Made by a program: the position numbers and the translations under genes
Shown here: positions 39,455 through 49,028 of the stretch, piece after piece
Numbering within the stretch: the stretch's first letter is position 1
Layout: every line of letters begins with the position of its first letter
NCBI GenBank assembly: GCA_963775225.1
Contig: CAVZHW010000006.1
Location: forward strand, 88,329-152,328
Length of the DNA stretch: 64,000 nucleotides
Origin: an uncultured Chloroflexia bacterium
GTDB lineage: Bacteria; Chloroflexota; Limnocylindria; Limnocylindrales; CSP1-4
Direction of reading: 5' to 3'
The notes under the pieces: generated by a model
Told to the model about the DNA's origin: nothing
The model's input: only the letters and a program-made list of their open reading frames with translations
The model's database searches: none

Positions 39455-42298
39455 TCAGGTCTCGGTGAGGGCGGCCTCGAGCCCGTCGCGGATCGCGTCG
39501 AGCGCCTGCGCCAGAGCCTCACGCCGTTGCCCGCGCGCCTGGGCCATCTCCGGCCGGCCCCCGCCGCGGCCGTCGATCAGCGGCGCACCGATGCTGACCA
39601 GCGCCCCTGCCGACACGCCGCGCGCAACGAGGTCGTCGCTGACCGTTACGAACAGCTGCGGCTCGTCGGCGTCAAGACCCAGCGCAATGACGCCGTCGCC
39701 GAGCTCCGCGCGCACGGCGCGGGCGAAGCCCTGCAGCTCCTTCATCGAATCGAACTCAGCTGAGTAGCCCACGTAGTGCGCGCCGTCGACCGACTGCGCG
39801 CCCTGCGCGAGCAGCCCCGGGTTGCCCGCGGTACGGCCGGCGCGCAGCCGCCGCTCCAACTCGCGATTGCGTTCCTGAAGCTCATGGATGCGCTCGGGCA
39901 GCGCGTCGACGTCACGCGCGCCGATCTCGTCGGCGAGCTGGTCGAGCAGTGCCAACCGGGACTGCGTGTGGGCGTCGGCCGCCTCGCCGGTGACGGCCTC
40001 GATGCGGCGCATGCCGCTGCCGATCGAGTGCTCCCCGGTGATGTAGAAGCCGCCGACCTGGCCGGTGGCGGCGCAGTGCGTGCCGCCGCACAGCTCGCGG
40101 CTATAGCCGTCGACGAACAGGACGCGCACCTGCTCGCCGTATTTCTCGTCGAAGAACGCGTCGGCGCCCTCGGCGATCGCCTCGGCCATGGTCATGTAAC
40201 GCGGCGTAACGGTCCTGTTGTCGCGGATCACGCCGCGCACCTCGGCCTCGATGGCGCGTTTCTCATCGGCGGTCAGGGCGCGATCCAGCGGAAAGTCGAA
40301 GCGCAGGTAGTCGGGCGCCACCAGCGAACCCGCCTGCCGGGCAGACTCGCCGACGTTGTTGCGCAGCGCGCGATGCAGCAGGTGAGTGGCAGTGTGATTG
40401 CGCATCGTGCCTGCGCGGCGTGAGGCATCGACCTCGGCTGCCAGCTCGTCGCCGACCGTGACGCGGCGCAGCAGCTGGCCGCGGTGCACGATCACGCCCG
40501 CCACCGGCCGCTGCGTGTCCTCGACCTCGAACACGATCTCGCCGGTTGGGTCGCGCAGTACCCCGTGGTCACCCACCTGGCCGCCGCCTTCGGCATAAAA
40601 CGGCGTCTGGTCGAGCACGATCTCGGCCTCCGCCCCGGCTGGAACTCGCAGCTCCGCCTCCGCGACCGGCGCCAGCTCCTCGTAGGCAATGCCGTCGCGC
40701 AGGATGGCGACAACCCGGCCCTTCGCCGTCGTCGTCTCGTAACCCAGGAAGCGCGCCCCAGCTGGCTTGGTTGAGACCGTGGCGTCCAATGCTCCGCCGG
40801 TCCCGGCCGCCGTCCCGGCGCCCACCCGCGTCGCGACCTGGTCGTAGAGCGCGAGCATCTCGGCGTGGCGAGCCAGTTCGGCCTTGCGGCCACCGCGACT
40901 CCGCTCGCGCTGCTCGGCGAGAGCCTCGTCGAAGCCGGCGCGGTCAACGCGCACGCCGTACTCGGTCGCCAGCTCGGAGGTCAAGTCGATGGGGAAGCCG
41001 TAGGTGTCGTGCAGGCGGAAGGCGACGTCGCCGGGCAGGACCGGAGCATCGGGCCGGAGGTCTTCCACCCGGCGGCCGACCGTCCGCTCGGCCGAAGTGA
41101 TGGCGATGAGCGCCTCCTCGAAGTGGACCACCCCGGCATCCAGCGTGCGCTCGAACTGGCGCTCCTCGGCGGCGATGACGCCGGCGATCTGAGTGCGCCG
41201 TTCGTCGAGGTACGGGTAGGCACCGACCATCGTCTCGACCACCACGTCCGAAAGGGTGGCCAGGAACGGGTCGTGCCAGCCGAGCAGCCGGCCGTGCCGC
41301 ACCGCGCGGCGCAGGATACGGCGCATGACGTAGCCGCGCCCCTCGTTGGCGGGCCGGATGCCGTCGGCCGCAAGGAAGGTCAGTGCGCGGGCGTGGTCGG
41401 CGATGACCTGGTAGCTGAAGCGCTCCTGCTCGAACGTTTCCGGGTCGTGGCCGAGCAGGCCGCGCATGTACTCGTGAATGGGCGTGAACAGGTCGGTGTC
41501 GTAGTTGGTCGGCACTCCCTGCAGCACACTCGCCAGACGCTCGAAGCCCATGCCCGTGTCCACGCTCTTGAAGGGCAACGGCAGGCGTCGCCCGTCGGCC
41601 TGCTGGTCAAACTCCATGAACACCAGGTTCCAGATCTCCAGCCAGCGCGGACAGTTCTCGGAGTGATCGGGCACGCAATGCGGCCCCTCGGAAAGGTGGG
41701 CACCGCGGTCGAAGTGGATCTCGCTGCACGGTCCGCACGGCCCCGTGTCGGCCATGCGCCAGAAGTTGTGATCGTCGCCCCTGTCCACGTCGCCCCACAC
41801 GGCCATCCGCTCGGGCGGCATGCCCACCTCGTGCCAGTAGCTGCGCGCATCCTCGTCGTCCTTGTAGGTCGTCGCACCGAGACGTTCGAAGGGGATGCCG
41901 TAGGTGGTCGTCAGCAACTCGACTGCCCAACCGATCGCCTCGCGCTTGAAGTAGTCGCCGAAGCTCCAGTTGCCGAGCATCTCGAAGAAGGTGTGGTGGC
42001 GCGTGGTCCGGCCGACCTCCTCGAAATCATTGTGCTTGCCCGCCACGCGCAGGCAGCGTTGGTAGTCGACCGCACGCTTGTAGCCGCGCTGCTCGCGTCC
42101 GGTCAGCACATCCTTGAACTGGACCATGCCCGAGTTGGCGAAGAGCAGCGTCGGATCGTCGGCCGGCACGAGGCTGGCGCTGGGCACCACCTCGTGACCG
42201 CGCTCGGCAAAGAAGTCGATGAAGCGCCGGCGGATGTCGGCGGCCGGCATCGGTTTGATCGGCGCGCCGCGGCCCTCTCCGATGGTTTCCTCGGGCAT
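39455..42298 (-). CDS. alaS: alanine--tRNA ligase
   Basis: DPTLLF.NSGM, HHTFFEMLGN, GPCGPCSE, DTGMG.ER, HTATH, ELCGGTH and GGG..EMAQ motifs. Confidence 0.97.
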   Translation of the reverse strand: MPEETIGEGRGAPIKPMPAADIRRRFIDFFAERGHEVVPSASLVPADDPTLLFANSGMVQFKDVLTGREQRGYKRAVDYQRCLRVAGKHNDFEEVGRTTRHHTFFEMLGNWSFGDYFKREAIGWAVELLTTTYGIPFERLGATTYKDDEDARSYWHEVGMPPERMAVWGDVDRGDDHNFWRMADTGPCGPCSEIHFDRGAHLSEGPHCVPDHSENCPRWLEIWNLVFMEFDQQADGRRLPLPFKSVDTGMGFERLASVLQGVPTNYDTDLFTPIHEYMRGLLGHDPETFEQERFSYQVIADHARALTFLAADGIRPANEGRGYVMRRILRRAVRHGRLLGWHDPFLATLSDVVVETMVGAYPYLDERRTQIAGVIAAEERQFERTLDAGVVHFEEALIAITSAERTVGRRVEDLRPDAPVLPGDVAFRLHDTYGFPIDLTSELATEYGVRVDRAGFDEALAEQRERSRGGRKAELARHAEMLALYDQVATRVGAGTAAGTGGALDATVSTKPAGARFLGYETTTAKGRVVAILRDGIAYEELAPVAEAELRVPAGAEAEIVLDQTPFYAEGGGQVGDHGVLRDPTGEIVFEVEDTQRPVAGVIVHRGQLLRRVTVGDELAAEVDASRRAGTMRNHTATHLLHRALRNNVGESARQAGSLVAPDYLRFDFPLDRALTADEKRAIEAEVRGVIRDNRTVTPRYMTMAEAIAEGADAFFDEKYGEQVRVLFVDGYSRELCGGTHCAATGQVGGFYITGEHSIGSGMRRIEAVTGEAADAHTQSRLALLDQLADEIGARDVDALPERIHELQERNRELERRLRAGRTAGNPGLLAQGAQSVDGAHYVGYSAEFDSMKELQGFARAVRAELGDGVIALGLDADEPQLFVTVSDDLVARGVSAGALVSIGAPLIDGRGGGRPEMAQARGQRREALAQALDAIRDGLEAALTET

Positions 42299-42344
42299 GG
42301 GCTAACTCTAGCGAAAGGTCGCCCTGGCCACCCCTGCACCACCG

Positions 42345-42542
42345 TCGTGCATCCGACCCATCAACCGTCGGCCAAAGACGCCAATCACGGCTCTCCGTTC
42401 GATCTTGGTCGTGATCCCCCGGCTCAACCGACTTTCGATACCTGTACAGACCACCCATCAAGTGCCCTTCGAGGCCGCGCTCGACCCTCGCCCATCGGGC
42501 GCCGGCAGTGCACAACGGACACTTGATCGATCACGCCCATCG
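42345..42542. repeat. degenerate copy 4 of the 217-bp element, with a nested left end
   Basis: Left TCGTGC-N7-CCATCAACCGTCGG; internal CCATCAAGTGCCC (42455); right CGGACACTTGATCG-N7-CCATCG. Confidence 0.6.
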
Positions 42543-42582
42543 ACACCGGCCGGGCGCGCCCATCAACCCTGGCCGGGCGCGC

Positions 42583-43251
42583 CTAGACCAGGACAACACC
42601 CGAACCTGGGATAGGGCGACCGGCCCTAAGCGCGGCAAGGATCTGCCTCGGCGATGTCGAGTATCGCTGGCCCAGCGCGTCGCGGAACTGGTCGGCCAGC
42701 TGCCGGTTGTGCGCACTGTCCGACAGGACGATGACTATCTCGTCCGCGCCGCCGTCCCTTTCCCGCTCGCGGACGCGCCGAACCAGCGCCTGCACATCCC
42801 GGATCCGAGTCTCGACCTCGACTCCTATCCGCAGGTGCTCAAGGCGCAGCAGCATGTCCCATGCTCGCTGATCGCCCGGCGTCGGCAGTAAGACCTCGCG
42901 AAAGACCCTATAGGGCGGTGCGGCAACGTTCCGCAGGAATCGACCTGCCGTCCTTTGCTGGCCGGCATCACGAATGGCGTCTCCGAACTCGCTCAGCCCG
43001 GCGCTCATCTCGAGGCCAAGAACGGACGCAATTTGTGCAAGGCGCGATATCGAAACAGTCGGAAGATCGTAGCTCTCCAGCCGACTGACCTCCGACTGCG
43101 TCCAGCCGATTTCCTTGGCAAGCGCCCGCTGGCTCACGCCTCGCGTCTGTCGCCTTGTGCGCAGCTCGTGAATCAGCCTCCGCACGAGGGCATCACCTTT
43201 GCGCCGCCCGCGCTCCTTCCGAGTCTCCCGCGTTCCCACGCCAGACAGCAT
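42583..43251 (-). CDS. XRE-family HTH fused to a PD-(D/E)xK-like nuclease domain
   Basis: RRQTRGVSQRALAKEIGWTQSEVSRLE (XRE HTH); REV...GDQRAWDMLL...IGVEVETRIRD restriction-endonuclease-like core. Confidence 0.72.
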   Translation of the reverse strand: MLSGVGTRETRKERGRRKGDALVRRLIHELRTRRQTRGVSQRALAKEIGWTQSEVSRLESYDLPTVSISRLAQIASVLGLEMSAGLSEFGDAIRDAGQQRTAGRFLRNVAAPPYRVFREVLLPTPGDQRAWDMLLRLEHLRIGVEVETRIRDVQALVRRVRERERDGGADEIVIVLSDSAHNRQLADQFRDALGQRYSTSPRQILAALRAGRPIPGSGVVLV

Positions 43252-43338
43252 GAGCACGGACGCTTCACACGCGCTTATCTGCCACTTGGCCAGCCATACC
43301 CGGACGAACCAGGGCGCGACTCGAACTCATCCCTGGGG

Positions 43339-43555
43339 TGATGGGCCAGGCCGATCAAGCGTCGGTCGAGCGCCGCCAAGCTCCCCTCTCCGGCTGGCAC
43401 CAACTTCGACTTGAGCCGCCCAGCCCGCAGCTGGCCCCTCCTGGCTCAGACAGAACCCACCGAAAGGACCGGAAGAGGCTCGGGCCGGGCCGGATCGGGG
43501 CAGCGGCACCCCAGCTCACCCGCTATGACGGACGCTTGATCGTCCTCAACCATCA
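43339..43555. repeat. 217-bp palindromic element, copy 3
   Basis: TGATGG-N7-CGATCAAGCGTC ... GACGCTTGATCG-N7-CCATCA; same length and spacing as copy 1, with compensatory substitutions. Confidence 0.78.
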
Positions 43556-43642
43556 GCACGAGCTCAACCTTCAGCACGAGCTCGCCTGCGGAAGGATTCG
43601 ACCTGCGGATCGGGAAGCGTGGGCCGCCGTAACATGAGGGAC

Positions 43643-45472
43643 ATGTCGGGCGAATCTGTCGGGCTGACGTGCCCACGCTGCGGAGCATCGGCGCCAGCCG
43701 ACGCCCGCTTTTGCATGACCTGCGGCCTGCCGCTTGGTAGCGGGAACGAGGCTGACGGCGCGCGCCAGGAACGCATTGCCGCGAACGCGCCCGCGCCGCT
43801 GGTCGAGAAGATGCGCGCGGCCAAGCTGACCGGCGAGCGCAAGCCCGTCACCGCGCTGTTCGCGGACGTGGTCGGCTCGACCACGCTGGCGGAGCGGATG
43901 GATCCCGAAGACTGGACCCAGATCATCAACGCCGCCTTCGACCTGATGTCGAAGGCGGTCTTCCGCTACGAGGGCACCATCGCGCAGCTGCAGGGCGACG
44001 CCATGCTCGCCTTCTTCGGCGCGCCCGTGGCGCACGAGGACGATCCCGAGCGCGCGGTGCGCGCGGCGCTCGACATGGTCGCCGCGACGGACGAATTTGC
44101 GCGCGAGCTGAAGCGCTCGCAGGGCATCGAATTCCGCATCCGGGCGGGCATCAACAGCGGTCCGGTGATCGTCGGCAACGTGGGCTCTGACCTGCGCTAC
44201 GAGTACACGGCGCTGGGCGACGCCATGAACGTCGCCGCGCGCGTCCAGACCAGCGCCGAGCCGGGCACGGTGGTGATCACCGCCAACACGCACCGCTTCA
44301 TCGCGAGCGTGTTCGATTTCGAGGACCTGGGCGAGAAAGAGCTCAAGGGCAAGTCGGAGCCCGTGCAGGTCTACCGCGTGCTGGGATTGCGCGAGGCGCC
44401 GGGCCCGCGGCGCGGCCTCGAATCGGTCGGCCTTTCGAGCCCGCTGGTCGGTCGGGAGGAGGAACTCGAGCGGTTGACGTCCCTGTACCAGGTGGTGCAC
44501 GCCGGCCGGGGGCGGATCGGGGTGATCATCGGCGAGCCGGGCATCGGCAAATCGCGGTTGCTGGCGGAGGTGCGCGCCGCAATCTCGACCGAAGACCAGC
44601 CGCGCTGGATCGAAGGCCGCTGCGTCACCTACGGAAGGACTGTTCCCTACCACCTAGTGCTCGACGGCGTCCGTTCGCTGCTAAGCCTGCGGCTGGCCGC
44701 GTCGGACGCCGAGACGCGCGCCGCGTTGCACGAGCAGCTGACCAGCCTACTGCCGGCCGACGAGGCTGCCGACGTGGAGCCGCCGCTGGCCAGCCTTCTC
44801 GCGCTACCTCTCACGCAAACCGAGGGGGATCTCCTCCAGCTCGAGCCAGACCGCCTCCAGGGACGCTACGTGGCCGCCGTTCACCGCGTTCTGCGCACCC
44901 TGGCCGCCCAAGGCCCGATCGTGGTCGTCTGCGAGGACATCCACTGGGCCGACCCGGCATCGGTGGACGTGCTGCTCAAGCTTCTGCCGCTGCTCACGCC
45001 ACTGCCGGTGCTGGTGCTCTTCGTGGGCCGCGCCGAGACCGATGCGCCAGGCTGGCGCCTGGTCAGCCACGCCCAAGCCACGTACGGCGATGCCCTCACC
45101 GAGGTTCGCCTGCGGCCGCTGACGGAGGCGGACAGCCGGACGTTGGTCGCCAATCTGCTCGAGATCGAATCGCTGCCCGAGGCGGTACGCACCAACATCC
45201 TCGCCCGCGCCGAGGGCAACCCCTTCTTCGTCGAGGAGGTCATCCGCATGTTCATCGAGCGTGGCGCGATCGCGCGCAGCGGCGATCGCTGGATGGCAAA
45301 CGAGAAGATCGCGGCCGTGGAGATCCCGGAGACACTCCACAGCCTGCTGCTGGCACGCATCGACCAGTTGCCCGACGAGGCCAAGCGCAGCCTGCGTGTC
45401 GCCTCGGTCATCGGACGGCAGTTCCCGGTGCGCGTCCTCGAGCGCGTCCTGGCGATCCCGGGGGACGGTTAG
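43643..45472 (+). CDS. zinc-ribbon + class III adenylate/guanylate cyclase + STAND AAA ATPase (N-terminal part)
   Basis: CPRCG...FCMTCG; ERK.VT.LFADVVGST, GDAML..FGAP.AHEDD..RA, GD.MN.AAR; GEPGIGKSRL, EDIHWAD, EGNPFF.EE. Confidence 0.9.
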   Translation: MSGESVGLTCPRCGASAPADARFCMTCGLPLGSGNEADGARQERIAANAPAPLVEKMRAAKLTGERKPVTALFADVVGSTTLAERMDPEDWTQIINAAFDLMSKAVFRYEGTIAQLQGDAMLAFFGAPVAHEDDPERAVRAALDMVAATDEFARELKRSQGIEFRIRAGINSGPVIVGNVGSDLRYEYTALGDAMNVAARVQTSAEPGTVVITANTHRFIASVFDFEDLGEKELKGKSEPVQVYRVLGLREAPGPRRGLESVGLSSPLVGREEELERLTSLYQVVHAGRGRIGVIIGEPGIGKSRLLAEVRAAISTEDQPRWIEGRCVTYGRTVPYHLVLDGVRSLLSLRLAASDAETRAALHEQLTSLLPADEAADVEPPLASLLALPLTQTEGDLLQLEPDRLQGRYVAAVHRVLRTLAAQGPIVVVCEDIHWADPASVDVLLKLLPLLTPLPVLVLFVGRAETDAPGWRLVSHAQATYGDALTEVRLRPLTEADSRTLVANLLEIESLPEAVRTNILARAEGNPFFVEEVIRMFIERGAIARSGDRWMANEKIAAVEIPETLHSLLLARIDQLPDEAKRSLRVASVIGRQFPVRVLERVLAIPGDG

Positions 45473-46987
45473 ATGGCTGACCTGCAGCTCGACACGCTCG
45501 AATCGAAGGGGCTCATCCGGCTCGCCGCGTACCAACCCGAGCTCGAGTACCTGTTCCGCCACGCACTGGTGCAGGACGCGGCCTACGAGTCACTGCTGAA
45601 GCAGGAGCGCCGGTCGCTGCATGCCATGGTCGGCGAGGCGCTCGAGCAGCTGTACCCCGAACGGCTGACCGAGCTGGCCGCCATCCTGGCCATGCACTTC
45701 GAAGCGGCCGGCGAGAACGAGAAGGCGATCCGCTACCTGCGCTCGGCGGCCGCCTACGCCTACGACCGGAATGCGATCGTCGAGGCCTATGACCTGTACG
45801 AGCGGGCCGAAAACCTGCTGCCGCCGGCGCCGGCCGACGGCCCTGACCCGCGCGGGCGCGAGCGGGTCGAGATTGGACTGCGCAGGGCACGTGCCGGGTT
45901 CTCGTTCCGTGGCGCGGATCTGATCGCGACATTCGACCAACTCGCGGCGCAGGCCCGCGAGCTCGGCGATCTCCGTCTCGAAGCCGAGGCGCTGCTGGAC
46001 CTGGCGCTGTATCGACAGTTCGGCGGCGAGCAGTACGAAACGAGTCCAGAACTCCGCCGCGCGCTTGATCGCGCCGCCGAGATAGCGCACCAGCTGGACG
46101 ACCCGTTCCTGGGCGCCATGCCGCGCTCGCTCACCGGCCTCTCGCAGGTGTTCTTCGGGAAGCTGCGCGAGGGCACGGCGACGCTGCGCGAGACGGCGCC
46201 GCTGCTCGAGCAGAAGCACGACTCGATCGGCTCATCCTTCGCCCTCATGGCGCTGGCCATTGGCCTGGCCCGGCTGGGGCAGTTCGACGAGGCGGAAGTT
46301 GCAGCGCGGAGATCGGCCGAGATAGCGGAGCGCGGCGACGTGATCGCCAAGATCGATGCGCGCATAGGTCTCTCACAGGTTCACTCGATACGCGGCGATC
46401 TGGCCACGGCCATCCCCATCCTCCAGGACTGCTCCTCGCTGGCCGAGTCGACCGGCGCCGTCGCCTGCCTGGTCTCGAGCAGCTTCCTCCTGGGCGACGC
46501 TTACATGCGCAACGGCGACTTCGGTGACGCGCGCATCGCGTTCGAGCACGGATCGCAGGTGGCCGACGTCACCAACGAGGCACTGTTCCGGCCGTCGATC
46601 TCAGCCTACCTGCGATCGACGTTTGCCAGCCTCGCCAACTTCAACCCGGTGGCCATCCAGTCGTGGGATGAGGCCCTCACGGAGGCTCGCGAGCGCGGTG
46701 ACCCCTGGTCGGAGGCGAACATCATCTGGAAGCGCGCCGAGACCGAGGCCAAGCGCGCGGACGCCGCGGACGTGGATCAGCTGCTCGCCGACTACGAGAC
46801 GGCGTTCAACGACTTCGAGGAGATGGGTGCGCGGCCGTTCGAGGCGCGCGTGCTGCGTGGCTGGGGAATGGCACTGATCGGGCACGGTCGCCTCGACCTT
46901 GGCCGCGAGAAGCTTCGGCGGGCACTGGCACTTTTCGAGGAAACGGGAATCACCCGCGAAGCGGAAGAAGTGCGAGCGGAGCTCTAG
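45473..46987 (+). CDS. winged-helix/TPR C-terminal partner of the STAND cyclase
   Basis: Starts immediately after the TAG; LE..GLI...YLFRHALVQDAAY.SL...R..LH, LA.HF..AG, then TPR-like helices. Confidence 0.85.
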   Translation: MADLQLDTLESKGLIRLAAYQPELEYLFRHALVQDAAYESLLKQERRSLHAMVGEALEQLYPERLTELAAILAMHFEAAGENEKAIRYLRSAAAYAYDRNAIVEAYDLYERAENLLPPAPADGPDPRGRERVEIGLRRARAGFSFRGADLIATFDQLAAQARELGDLRLEAEALLDLALYRQFGGEQYETSPELRRALDRAAEIAHQLDDPFLGAMPRSLTGLSQVFFGKLREGTATLRETAPLLEQKHDSIGSSFALMALAIGLARLGQFDEAEVAARRSAEIAERGDVIAKIDARIGLSQVHSIRGDLATAIPILQDCSSLAESTGAVACLVSSSFLLGDAYMRNGDFGDARIAFEHGSQVADVTNEALFRPSISAYLRSTFASLANFNPVAIQSWDEALTEARERGDPWSEANIIWKRAETEAKRADAADVDQLLADYETAFNDFEEMGARPFEARVLRGWGMALIGHGRLDLGREKLRRALALFEETGITREAEEVRAEL

Positions 46988-47149
46988 GCAACCTACTCGG
47001 CCGGCCCTGCTCAGCCGCCCAACTTCAATGTGATTTCAAGCAGCCGCACATGGGGTCGCTCAAGGCGCCTTGGGGCCCGTTTGGATGGGTGCGACGTCCG
47101 CGCAACGCGGCTCGCAGCGTGGCGCAGGCGGTTCGTTTGATCCCAGCGG

Positions 47150-47602
47150 CTATTCGGCGCGGCCGCCTCGTCCTCTGACGCCGCGCACAAGGCGGTCGGC
47201 GCCGCGGGCGAGGCCCTGGCCGGCGGCATTCATCGTCCGGCGGGCCCGGTCGACCGCGGCCGCCGGCCCGCGCACCATCTCTTCGGCCGCCTCTACGGTC
47301 GCCCGCAATGAACCGACCGTGGCGTCGGCCTCGTCGAGGAGTACGTCGATGCGCTGCAGCCGCGGCGGCAGCTCAGCCGACAGAAGCGCCAGGTCTGCCG
47401 CCGCAGTGCGCAGGTCGTGTAGCGCGGGCGCCACCTCGGCCTGGACCTGATCGATCAGGTGTCGCGCCGCGGTCGCGGTCGCGGCGACATGGCGCGACAG
47501 ACGGCGCGCCGCAAGGGCGCTGATCAGTGCGGCGACGGCGATCACCGCCAGTGACGCCACCGCGACGGCGGCGAGCAGCAGGTTGAGCTGGTCGGCGGTC
47601 AT
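47150..47602 (-). CDS. DUF948/YoxC-like membrane-anchored coiled-coil protein
   Basis: N-terminal TM helix followed by an Ala/Leu heptad helix. Confidence 0.6.
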   Translation of the reverse strand: MTADQLNLLLAAVAVASLAVIAVAALISALAARRLSRHVAATATAARHLIDQVQAEVAPALHDLRTAAADLALLSAELPPRLQRIDVLLDEADATVGSLRATVEAAEEMVRGPAAAVDRARRTMNAAGQGLARGADRLVRGVRGRGGRAE

Positions 47603-47605
47603 GTC

Positions 47606-47878
47606 TCAGTTCACCTCGCGCGGTGGCGACAGGAGGCTGGCGGCGACGATGAGGCCGATCCCCAGCCAGGCCACGCTCGACGCCCAGAGCAGGCCGAAGT
47701 CGCCGATCGGCAGCGGGTCGCCCAACCGCGCACCGACCTGCTGTCCGGCAAACGAACCAAGCACCGCGGCGATGAGTACGAACGGGAAGCGCAGCCCGGC
47801 CGAGCCGCGGATGGCCAGGTACAGCCCGCTGTGAAACAGGCCGACCAGCAGCGCCAGCACGGCGACCGGGCCTACCAC
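47606..47878 (-). CDS. small 3-TM membrane protein
   Basis: Hydrophobic helices with G..LG...L.IGDF pattern; its 3' end contains the RBS (GAGGTG) for the next gene. Confidence 0.6.
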   Translation of the reverse strand: MVGPVAVLALLVGLFHSGLYLAIRGSAGLRFPFVLIAAVLGSFAGQQVGARLGDPLPIGDFGLLWASSVAWLGIGLIVAASLLSPPREVN

Positions 47879-47891
47879 CGTGTTACGCGCC

Positions 47892-49028
47892 TTAGGCCGT
47901 CGTCACGGCGGCGCTTATGCGACCGCCGCCGATGACCTCGTCGCCGCGGTAGAAAACCGCGGCCTGACCCGGTGCCGGCGCCCAGGCCTCGCGCTCGAGC
48001 CTGACCTGCCAGCGCCGCTCGCCAGCCGCGCGTTGCTGGATCGTGCCCGGGACGGTCTCAGCGCGATGGCGAATGCGCACCGCCGCGGCAAATTCGCGCG
48101 CGTCAGGCGGCACGCCGGCAACGAACGACACCTGTTCGACGTCGAACTGCCGGCGATAGAGGTCCGCGCGGCGGGCCAGCGTGACCACGTTCGTCTGCGC
48201 GTCGATGTCGCTCACGTAGCGCGGCTCGCCGAGCGCGACACCGAGGCCCTGACGCTGGCCCACGGTGTACGCCGCCGCTCCACGGTGCGTGCCGACCGTC
48301 CGGCCCTCGACATCGACGAGCGGCCCCGGCTGCTCGCGCCACCCAGCGCGCGTCGCCAGCGCTGTCCGGTAGTCGCCGCCGGGCACGAAGCAGATCTCCT
48401 GGCTCTCCGGCTTGTCGGCCGTCGCCAGGCCGTGCCGATGAGCCACCTCGCGCACCTCTGACTTGGTCATCTCGCCGAGCGGGAAACGCACATGTGCGAG
48501 CTGGTCCTGGCGCAGGCCGTACAGGAAGTAGCTCTGGTCCTTGTTCGCGTCGCGCCCGGCCAGCAGCCGGTAGCGCCGGCCGCCGGGCGCCTCGACGTCC
48601 TCGTGCACGTCGACGCGCGCGTAGTGGCCGGTGGCGACCGCGTCACAGTCGTACTGGCGCAGTGCCCGCCCGAGCAGCGCGCCGAACTTGACGTAGCTGT
48701 TGCAGTCGACACACGGGCTCGGGGTACGGCCGTCGAGGTACGCGTCGAGGAACGGCTGCAGTACGCCCGCGCCGAACTCGCGCTCGAGGTTGAGCACGTA
48801 GAACGGGATGCCCAGCTGGCCGGCCACGCGGCGCGCGTCGTCGGCCGCGTCGAGCGAGCAGCAACTCTTGCGAAACTCACTGTACGTGTCGGCCACGTCG
48901 TGCAGCCGGAGCCAGACGCCAACGGTGTCGATTCCGGCATCCGCCAGCAGCGCCGCGGCCACTGACGAATCGACGCCGCCCGACATGGCCACCAGCACCC
49001 GGTCTGCGCGTCCGGCCGCCCCGGTCAC
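47892..49028 (-). CDS. mnmA: tRNA 2-thiouridine(34) synthase MnmA
   Basis: [43 protein letters not shown] and PGQAAVFY motifs. Confidence 0.96.
   Translation of the reverse strand: MTGAAGRADRVLVAMSGGVDSSVAAALLADAGIDTVGVWLRLHDVADTYSEFRKSCCSLDAADDARRVAGQLGIPFYVLNLEREFGAGVLQPFLDAYLDGRTPSPCVDCNSYVKFGALLGRALRQYDCDAVATGHYARVDVHEDVEAPGGRRYRLLAGRDANKDQSYFLYGLRQDQLAHVRFPLGEMTKSEVREVAHRHGLATADKPESQEICFVPGGDYRTALATRAGWREQPGPLVDVEGRTVGTHRGAAAYTVGQRQGLGVALGEPRYVSDIDAQTNVVTLARRADLYRRQFDVEQVSFVAGVPPDAREFAAAVRIRHRAETVPGTIQQRAAGERRWQVRLEREAWAPAPGQAAVFYRGDEVIGGGRISAAVTTA

Noticed and set aside
42299-42582. T-box leader upstream of alaS
   Set aside because: No T-box consensus; a -10 box sits 6 nt before the ATG and the rest is repeat-derived.
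43333-43514. Possible 6S RNA (about 180-nt rod, CTGGGGTG/CACCCCAG closing stem, 3' GCGGCACC)
   Set aside because: The central bubble geometry fits 6S poorly, and the region is better explained as copy 3 of the 217-bp repeat (exact length and end match). An Infernal RF00013 scan would settle it.
45470-45472. Pyrrolysine or recoded TAG
   Set aside because: TAG terminates many core genes here (gpsA, der, xerD, nadK, dxs), no pyl genes are seen, and an ATG with an RBS follows immediately.
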